10,029 nucleotides of DNA, taken from positions 1-10,029 of the forward strand of contig NW_021827797.1 in NCBI RefSeq assembly GCF_006345805.1, in the 5' to 3' direction. This document shows positions 1-7,148 of this stretch, piece after piece. This DNA is from Octopus sinensis. Taxonomy: Eukaryota. Numbering within the stretch: position 1 is the stretch's first letter; every line of letters begins with the position of its first letter. The notes under the pieces are model-generated. The model did no database searches. It saw only the letters and a list, made by a program, of their open reading frames with translations, and was not told the DNA's origin. A program made the position numbers and the translations under genes.

Positions 1-86
1 GTGGTGTTGATGTTTCCATAAAGGGTTGTAGCGGCGGTGGCTCGGTTTGTTATTGCAATGTTTATGCTTATTCATAACGCAATTGA

Positions 87-177
87 ATATATATATATAT
101 AATATATATTATATATATATATTATATATATATTATTATATGTATTATATATATTATATATATCTGTGTGTGTGTGT
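87..177. repeat. Imperfect (TA)n microsatellite followed by short (TG)n
   Basis: Direct reading: interrupted TA run at ~87-163, then tgtgtgtgtgtg at ~165-177. Confidence 0.95.
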
Positions 178-363
178 ATTTTTTACATCATAAGAATTTA
201 GAAGCTTCGAGAGATATGAATAAACTGATGTATCTTAAACAGTGGAACTCGAAGTAGATAAAGCTATAAATAATAGCATATAGAATATTGGGTTAAAGAA
301 AAAAAGTCGAAGGGTGTACTGGGTCACGAATCCACATCTGAGAACATGACAGATGGTGCGTTA

Positions 364-420
364 CATATATGTAATATAGTATTATATATATATATATATC
401 TATATATATATATATATATA
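364..420. repeat. (TA)n microsatellite abutting the first MITE
   Basis: TA run ends at 420, directly before CGAGGG (MITE left end). Confidence 0.9.
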
Positions 421-597
421 CGAGGGAGTACTGAAAGTTCGTGGCTTTAAGGGTGTCGCGAACCATCCGAGTTCTTTTATTCTTTTACAGAGTTTAGAAA
501 GACTGAAGGGCCGCTGCAATGTTGAATAAAATCCTAATTAACTGATCCTCCTGTATTTTCTTTTACCCAAGGCCAGGAACTTTCCAGCAACCACTCG
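421..597 (+). mobile_element. Non-autonomous mariner (Tc1/mariner)-derived MITE, copy 1
   Basis: Left end TA|CGAGGGAGTACTGAAAGTTCGTGGCTTT versus reverse complement of right end CGAGTGGTTGCTGGAAAGTTCCTGGCCTT: 22/29 matches by hand. TA|CGAGGG-type termini are typical of mariner TIRs. 482-529 translates LLQSLERLKGRCNVE*, resembling the mariner transposase C-terminus (G..KL..R..KC....GEYVE*) with an internal deletion. The right-hand TA is mutated to AG. Confidence 0.8.
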
Positions 598-741
598 AGT
601 GAGTGTATGGGTGTATATATATATATATATATATGGTACACCTCACAGGGATTTTGGATCAGTGAAATTGTAATAAAAATATCATTTTTCTAAATAAATA
701 TATAGGCCTTTGACCTCGTTTTGAAAAGAAAACAACTAGCT

Positions 742-762
742 TCATTCTGGTTTTATGGGTTC
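742..762 (-). CDS. Candidate last coding segment (EPIKPE*) of a hypothetical minus-strand host gene
   Basis: Strong acceptor cgaattttcttctcag at 763-778 closes a 103-nt GTAAGT...CAG intron (763-865). Phase-0 reading is GAA CCC ATA AAA CCA GAA TGA. No homology recognised. Confidence 0.3.
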   Translation of the reverse strand, partial: EPIKPE

Positions 763-865
763 CTGAGAAGAAAATTCGGGGACAGATTTGACAATTGTGA
801 AACGTAGATGAATAAATTATCTTATCTTTGTTGACACTGTTATGCAAATTGGACAAATCACTTAC

Positions 866-904
866 CCTAAGGCCTACTTTGTAGACACTATAATTAACGA
901 TGAC
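866..904 (-). CDS. Candidate 39-nt exon (VIVNYSVYKVGLR)
   Basis: tttgtag|GTC...AGG|gtaagt. Only the phase-0 frame is open. The acceptor pyrimidine tract is weak. No homology recognised. Confidence 0.3.
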
Positions 905-1216
905 CTACAAATATTTCTTTGGATAGAGGTGGCTTTTTTCACCTCTCATTAACGTTTAAGAAAAATATAGATTAATCAGATCAGCCCCAGTTTTACAGAC
1001 CGCTACATAAATTTTAAGTGTATTAAGAAGGAATAATTTACAATTCATACACGCGCATAGGCGCGCGTAAACATAAACGCGCACACACGCACACACACTT
1101 AGACATATGTACGTGTATATGTGTGTATTTATGCATACACACATTCATACACAAATAATTACCGATATGCAGTAACACACAAACAAATCATGAGCCCCCA
1201 GTCGCACAGAATCATA

Positions 1217-1423
1217 CGAGGGGTGGGATTGGTTGAATAGGTCCTGCTTTTAAGGGTGTCGCGAAAGGCCTGGCTGGAGCCTCAACTTTCCAAGTTCTTT
1301 TACAGGGTTTAGAAAAAAAAATTATGGGCTGCTAGAGGGAAATATGTTGAATAAAATCATAATTAACTGATCCTTCTGTATTTTCTCATACCCGAAGCCA
1401 GGAACATACCAGTACCCCTCTCG
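1217..1423 (+). mobile_element. Non-autonomous mariner-derived MITE, copy 2 (same family and orientation as 421-597)
   Basis: TA at 1215-1216 and 1424-1425. Shares TTTAAGGGTGTCGCGAA, TTCTTTTACAG.GTTTAGAAA and TGTTGAATAAAATC.TAATTAACTGATCCT.CTGTATTTTCT with copy 1. 1334-1354 translates RGKYVE*. Right TIR is well preserved, left TIR degraded. Confidence 0.8.
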
Positions 1424-1446
1424 TACGTGGATATGTAAATGCATTC

Positions 1447-1450
1447 ACAT

Positions 1451-1481
<31 letters not shown>

Positions 1482-2556
1482 CATACATACATACATACAT
1501 ACATACATACATACATACATAATACATACATACATCATACATACATACATATATACATACATACATATATACATACATACATACATACATACATACATAC
1601 ATACATACACATACATACATACATACATACATACATACACACATACACATACATACATCATACACACATACATACATACCCATACTACATACATACATAC
1701 ATACATACACACATACATACATACAATACATACATCCATACATACATACACACATCATACATACATACACATACATACATACAACATACATACACACATA
1801 CATACATACATACATACATCACATACTACATACATCATACATACATACATACATACATACATACATACACAATATCATACATACATACATACATACACAC
1901 ATCATACATACATACATACATACATACATACACCATACATACATATACACACATACATACATCATACATACACCATACATACATACATACATACATACAT
2001 ACATAAATATATACATATTACATACATAATACATACACACATACATAATACATACACACATACATACATACATACATACATACAACATACATACATACAT
2101 ACATACATACACACATATACATACATAACATACATACACATATACATACATACATACATACATACATACATACATACATACATACAACACATACATACAT
2201 ACATACATTTTACACACATACATACATACATACATACATACATACATAATACATACATACATACACACCTACATACATACATACATACTACACACAACAT
2301 ACATACATAATACATACATACATACATACATACATACACACACACATACATACATACATACATAAACACACACTACATACATACATACATCATACATACA
2401 TACATACATACATACATACATACATACATACATAATACATACATACATACATACATACATACATACATACAATACATACATACATACATACATACATACA
2501 TACACTACACATACATACATACATACATACATACATACAAACATACATACATACAT
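1447..2556. repeat. ~1.1 kb imperfect (CATA)n tetranucleotide array
   Basis: Direct reading. It is the source of the MYVCMYVC pseudo-ORFs. Confidence 0.98.
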
Positions 2557-2677
2557 AGAGATATACATAGATCTGTATATGTATTTGTATGTTTTATATG
2601 CGAGTTTGGAATACCGGTAAATTTATGTGCATGTTACATATGCGTGAAGCCTGTGTGTCGGGTGTGCGCGCAGGTTT

Positions 2678-2872
2678 CTGTGTGTGTGTGTGTGTGTGTG
2701 GTTGTAACGACTTGGACGTTAATACACACTTGCGTATATATATATATATATATATTAATATATGTACACATGCACATACACATAAACACACATATTATAT
2801 ATATACAAACACACATATACACACAGACATACACACACATACTTATATATATATATATTATATATATATACT

Positions 2873-2916
<44 letters not shown>

Positions 2917-2939
2917 TATATACATACATACATACATGC

Positions 2940-2973
<34 letters not shown>

Positions 2974-3020
2974 ATATATATATCATGTGTGAGTGAGTGA
3001 GAGAGAGAGAGAGAGAGGGG
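2678..3020. repeat. Compound microsatellite block: (TG)n, (TA)n, (CA)n, (CATA)n, (GA)n
   Basis: Direct reading, e.g. (AC)12 at 2873-2896, (TG)9 at 2955-2972, GA run at ~2999-3017. Confidence 0.95.
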
Positions 3021-3303
3021 GAGCTAATTATCATTATATGTATTTTTTAGTGTATTTCTATATATGAATGACCAATGTGACCCAGCCTAGAATTATGGCC
3101 AAAGCAACAACATTTTTCATTATTATATATATTCTTTATTACAGTTATTTTGTTTCATTGAGAACTTGTACATACAGCCATTGTTTTTCTCCCAAATACA
3201 TAATGTATTAATATACGTGTCGTTCTTGTTCGTAGCTGTTTGCTCGGTTGAGTCATGCGGATAACGTTATATATATAGATTTATTTATTGACTAATCACT
3301 TAC

Positions 3304-3324
3304 CTGTGTTGATTGAGTAATCGA
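3304..3324 (-). CDS. Candidate 21-nt micro-exon (SITQSTQ if phase 0)
   Basis: taatccttgtttag|TCG...CAG|gtaagt, a consensus donor. Symmetric length; an in-frame TAG lies immediately upstream in phase 0. Could be chance. Confidence 0.2.
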
Positions 3325-3581
3325 CTAAACAAGGATTACTTACTCCCACATTCAGCAGTCAGGAATTAAAATAACATTATTACATTATTACAATTGATTG
3401 AAGAGGTGTGCGTAGGTTTAAACTTACAAATAAATAGGCACGTACGTTATGTAAGTGTATGTACATATATACACTCACTCACACACAAACATATATCTAT
3501 GTATGTATGTTATATATATATATATATATAAAATTTCAGTGTGGCAAAGTAAATTATTTTACTGAGCCCTAATTATATAAC

Positions 3582-3584
<3 letters not shown>

Positions 3585-3666
<82 letters not shown>

Positions 3667-3680
3667 CATACGCATATATT
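3585..3680. repeat. (TA)n microsatellite
   Basis: Direct reading. Confidence 0.95.
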
Positions 3681-3682
3681 TA

Positions 3683-4280
3683 TGTAGTAAGAAGTTTGCT
3701 TCGAAAGCAGATGATTCTTGGTTCAGTCCCACTGTGTAGCATCTTCGGTCTGTCTCCACCGAGTCTAGAACCTTTACCCCCATGGACAATAACCTCTTCT
3801 CCAAGGGCAATTATCCCTGAGGACAACAGATGGTGATTTAAAACTTCTTAATATATTGGAGAGGGAGTAATCAACAAAGCAGGGGGATGGGGTAATTTGT
3901 CCGAAAGGGTAGTTGCCGTCCGGGTGAATTGTCCTACCTGGGTAATTGTCCTGATACGCTTCTATCATAGCCTCGAGTCGACTAAAGCTCCGTGAGTGGA
4001 TTTCGTAGATGGAAACTGAAAGAAGCCAGTGTTATATGCATTATATATATATATATATATATTAGCATATATATATCAATATACATATACATGTGTGTAT
4101 GTTTTTGTGTTTATCAAACCACCATTGCTTGACAACTGATGGTGGTGTGTTTACGTCCACGTAAACTAGCGGCTCGGCAAAAGAGAGCACTCAAATAATT
4201 ACCAGTACTTGAAAAAAAAGAAGTACTGGAGTTGAATTCTCCAAGACTGTGCCACACATGGTAGCAGTCTCATTGGCGAA
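3683..4280 (+). mobile_element. Old, diverged family-1 tRNA-derived SINE, interrupted at ~3760-3958
   Basis: 3683-3759 aligns to the young head (GGTTCAGTCCCACTG B-box). The alignment resumes at 3959 (CTTCTATCATAGCCTCG...GTGAGTGGATT...GGAAACTGAAAGAAGCC), passes the internal TA/TG tract and CATTGCTTGACAAC...GGTGTGTTTACGTCC...GGCAAAAGAGA, and ends in a decayed tail (CACATGGTAGCAGTC). Confidence 0.85.
3760..3958. mobile_element. ~200 bp foldback/MITE-like DNA element with inverted subterminal GGACAATTACCC-type repeats, nested in the old SINE
   Basis: Left arm has GAACCTTTACCCC, GGACAATAACC, GGGCAATTATCCC, GGACAAC. Right arm has the inverse motifs GGGGTAATTTGTCC, GGGTAGTTGCC, GGGTGAATTGTCC, GGGTAATTGTCC, ending TGATACG. 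It splits an otherwise colinear SINE. Superfamily not assignable. Confidence 0.65.
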
Positions 4281-4298
4281 TATATATATATATATATA

Positions 4299-4651
4299 GT
4301 TGAAATTTACAGAAAAACAAAAGACGAAGACAGGTGTATGAACAACAAGCAGGTGTATTAGTCTGACGCCCATGAAAGTGAGAAAGTCTTTTACGTTTCG
4401 AGCCTACATTCTTCAACAGGAAGGGATAAGAGTAAAATAAACAGAGAGAGAATTTTAAAAACTTGTGGATTTAGCGATCAAGCATGGCAACTGGTTGAGA
4501 AAAAATGGTGTGACAAGAAAAGTAGAAAGAAGGGAAGATAATAAAGTATTGGTGATCCCAAAACGAAGGGATATCGTGGGGTTGTGTACGCGTAAATGTG
4601 TCAGTGTGTGCGTCTGTAATGTGTGGATAATCGTGTGTGGGTATGCAGATG
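4299..4651 (-). mobile_element. Interspersed repeat flanked by TA tracts, probable Penelope-like element (pseudo-LTR) remnant
   Basis: Bounded on both sides by (TA)n (4280-4298 and 4652-4689). The minus strand carries CTGTTGAAGAATGTAGGCTCGAAACGTA, resembling the CTGATGAA...CGAAACGT minimal hammerhead signature of Penelope-like pseudo-LTRs. No RT or GIY-YIG coding sequence recognised. Confidence 0.45.
4387..4424 (-). ncRNA. Degenerate minimal hammerhead-ribozyme-like motif
   Basis: CUGUUGA (A6 to U versus CUGANGA), extra A, stem II GAAU-GUAG-GCUC (one mismatch, one wobble), GAAAC-GU-A with palindromic ACGU, and only 3 bp of stem I (CUU/AAG). Probably inactive as it stands. Confidence 0.35.
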
Positions 4652-4653
4652 AT

Positions 4654-4689
<36 letters not shown>

Positions 4690-5024
4690 GTACCAACCAT
4701 CAAACTGGATGGCACTGCATAATACCAAAGGTACCATCTTCTTCATCTCAGATAAGTATTGCAACAGCTTCAGTTTCAGGGGACAACAACTGTTTAACAC
4801 TCTGCCAAGGAACCTGAGAGATATGCGAGGTGTAGTTCAAAGAGCACTTGGGCACATTTCTATTTGAAATCCCAGATGACCCTACATCAAGCCAGGAAGC
4901 ACAAAGAAGAGTAGCTTCGTCCAACTCGCTTTTTCACCAGTACCGAAAGGTGACCCTAAAACACTGAAAAGCAGTGTTCTACCATGGCCCCAGCCTCTGG
5001 CTAAAACTAGTAAAAGAATAAAAC
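4690..5024 (+). mobile_element. 5'-truncated, frameshifted 3' end of a CR1/L2-group LINE (ORF2 C-terminus plus 3' tail)
   Basis: Spliced over two frameshifts: TGWHCIIPKVPS (from 4704) / YCNSFSFRGQQLFNTLPRNLRDMRGV (4757-4834) / FKEHLGTFLFEIPDDPTSSQEAQRRVASSNSLFHQYRKVTLKH* (4836-4967). This fits the NS...RG..LFN.LP...FK..L..FL..IPD.P...SNSL pattern of CR1-group ORF2 ends. It is followed by a tail ending AGTAAAAGAATAAAA. Confidence 0.85.
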
Positions 5025-5134
5025 TATATATATATGTGTATATACACGCAAAGATCATTGTTTTCCTTCGCTTTTCAGCTCACAGGGAGGTGTAGCTCAT
5101 AAATGTTTAGTCCTACATTCCTAATCTCAGCTTC

Positions 5135-5554
5135 TTACTCTTTTACTCTTTTACTCTTTTACTTGTTTCAGTCATTTTGACTGCGGCCGTGCTCGAGCAC
5201 CGCCTTTAATCGAGCAACTCGACCCCGGGACTTATTCTTTTGTAAGCCCAGTACTTATTCTATCGGTTTCTTTTGCCGAACCGCTAAGTAACGGGGACAT
5301 AAACACACCAACATCGGTTGTCAAGCAATGTTACAGGGACAAACACAGACACACAAACACACACACACACTTATATACATATACATATATACGACAGGCT
5401 TCTTTCAGTTTCCGTCTACCAAATCCACTCACAAGGCATTGGTCGGCCCGGGGCTATAGCAGAAGACACTTGCCCAAGATGCCACGCAGTGGGACTGAAC
5501 CCGGAACCATGTGGTTGGTTAGCAAGCTACTTACCACACAGCCACTCCTGCGCC
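5135..5554 (-). mobile_element. Young family-1 tRNA-derived SINE, copy A
   Basis: Minus-strand head GGCGCAGGAGTGGCTGTGTGG (A box)...GGTTCAGTCCC (B box), a CORE-like CTTGGGCAAGT, an internal TA/TG tract and a (TAAAAGAG)n tail. About 90% similar by eye to 5927-6324 and 8451-8874. Consistent with the octopus tRNA-derived SINEs described as OK/OR1/OR2; exact family not assignable without consensus sequences. Confidence 0.95.
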
Positions 5555-5926
5555 TATTCTTGTGAACTTTTACCTACCCTTGCTCCTAATACTCATTTAC
5601 GTTACTGTATGCATTCTATTATTTTATTCATTGATTTCGACCAAGAGACAGTGACCATGCTGGGGCTCGAAGCAACCATAACGATGAAACGTACGTAGAA
5701 ACTAATAATATGAACTTGTGTTTATCGTATGTAACTTCTACATTTCCTCTGTATTTCTTAGTTAGTGATACCACTAAGTGTTGTAATTACTTAACCACTA
5801 TACCGGAAGGAAACTGGACTATGATAATTGACACTGAGCTCTAAAGATAACAGTAGCAGTCGTACATATATTTGTACTCACAAGATATACTTTATATATA
5901 TATACACGCACATGCAAGCACGCACA

Positions 5927-6324
5927 GGCGCAGGAGTGGCTGTGTGGTAAGTAGCTTGCTTACGAACCACATGGTTCCGGGTTCAGTCCCACTGCGTGGC
6001 ATCTTGGGCAAGTGTCTTCTGCTATAGCCCCGGGCTGACCAATGCCTTGTGAGTGGATTTGGTAGACGGAAACTGAAAGAAGCCTGTCGTATATATGTAT
6101 ATATATGTGTGTGTGTATGTGTCTGTGTTTGTCCCCCTAGCATTGCTTGATAACCGTTGCTGGTGTGTTTACATCCCCGTCACTTAGCGGTTCGGCAAAA
6201 GAGACCGATAGAATAAGTACTAGGCTTACAAAGAATAAGTCCTGGGGTCGATTTGCTCGACTAAAGGCGGTGCTACAGCATGGCCCGCAGTCAAATGACT
6301 GAAACAAGTAAAAGAGTAAAAGAG
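5927..6324 (+). mobile_element. Young family-1 tRNA-derived SINE, copy B
   Basis: A box TGGCTGTGTGG at 5937-5947, B box GGTTCAGTCCC at 5980-5990. Acceptor-stem remnant GCGCAG/CTGCGT. Tail CAGTCAAATGACTGAAACAAG(TAAAAGAG)2. Confidence 0.95.
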
Positions 6325-6784
6325 AGCAATAAGACAACATCTAGGAATTGTGACCTACATGGGCTCATCTCCGATGGAGTGTGGGGAACTAACGGGCGGA
6401 AACAATTGCTCAACGGGAGTTCTTCATCTGAAGATTTCTCCTGTTGTCTGCTCACCCAGCAGTGATCTTCCAGTCACTCTTTTTTATACATATTACGAAA
6501 CATAAACACGCATATTTTATTTATGATGTAACCACAAATAATTCATAATTTGTATGAATATTTGTTGACTACTTTGGTGGAAAATACCTCGCGAAATCTA
6601 AATATGATGTAGTCTGTGGATTATGCTTTTGTCTTATTACTGACTAACATATGTGTGTTTGTGTGTATATGTATTTATGTGTATGTGAGTACGTGTGTGT
6701 ATGTGTGTGTGTGTCTTTATTTCGCAACGGCTAAATGTAATACTTAAGGTTCACAAACATCTAGTACGATGTATGTATCTGTTG

Positions 6785-6880
6785 TATATATATATATATA
6801 TATATATATGCACATATATGCATTAATTTTTTTATATATTCATTCATTTATATTTAAATATATGTGAATGTATATATATA

Positions 6881-6918
<38 letters not shown>

Positions 6919-6945
6919 TAAATTACATCGTTATTCAGTCGATAG

Positions 6946-6980
<35 letters not shown>

Positions 6981-7148
6981 TATATATATAAAAACATCAT
7001 ATAATACGAGTAGCGTTATGAAGCAAAGAGAATATATACATAAATATATATGTATGTATGTATGTATATATAAATGTATGTATGTATGTATGTATGTATG
7101 TATGTATGTATGTATGTATGTATGTATGTATATATGTATGCATGCATG
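6785..7148. repeat. Compound microsatellite block: (TA)n, (GATA)6 at 6941-6964, (GA)n, (TATG)n at ~7051-7130
   Basis: Direct reading. Confidence 0.93.

Noticed and set aside
739-744. Reading the candidate stop TGA as a penultimate selenocysteine (E-U-S-stop)
   Set aside because: The context does not resemble known C-terminal Sec motifs and no SECIS element was seen.
842-849. Octamer ATGCAAAT, and AP-1-like TGAGTCA at 3249-3255 and 7539-7545
   Set aside because: Short motifs are expected by chance in 10 kb, and there is no promoter context.
925-946. 7-bp inverted repeat AGAGGTG/CACCTCT with a T-rich loop, terminator-like
   Set aside because: The DNA is eukaryotic and a single short stem is within chance expectation.
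2646-2678. GC-rich imperfect hairpin GAAGCCTG...CAGGTTTC
   Set aside because: It is short, relies on wobble pairs within TG repeats and has no second copy in the window.
1363-2996. Track ORFs of 60-150 aa rich in MYVC, HT and YI repeats
   Set aside because: They are translations of (CATA)n, (CA)n and (TA)n tracts, which lack stop codons in most frames.
857-3304. Shared AATCACTTACC at the two candidate donors (857-867 region and 3294-3304)
   Set aside because: Most of the match is the donor consensus itself, and flanking similarity does not extend, so there is no evidence of exon duplication.
3774-3968. Gly/Pro-patterned ORF (YPGRTIHPDGNYPFGQITP...)
   Set aside because: The periodicity comes from the GGACAATTACCC subterminal repeats of the nested DNA element.
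5927-6003. tRNA-like heads as tRNA genes
   Set aside because: A and B boxes and an acceptor-stem remnant are present, but there is no proper anticodon arm and each head continues into SINE body.
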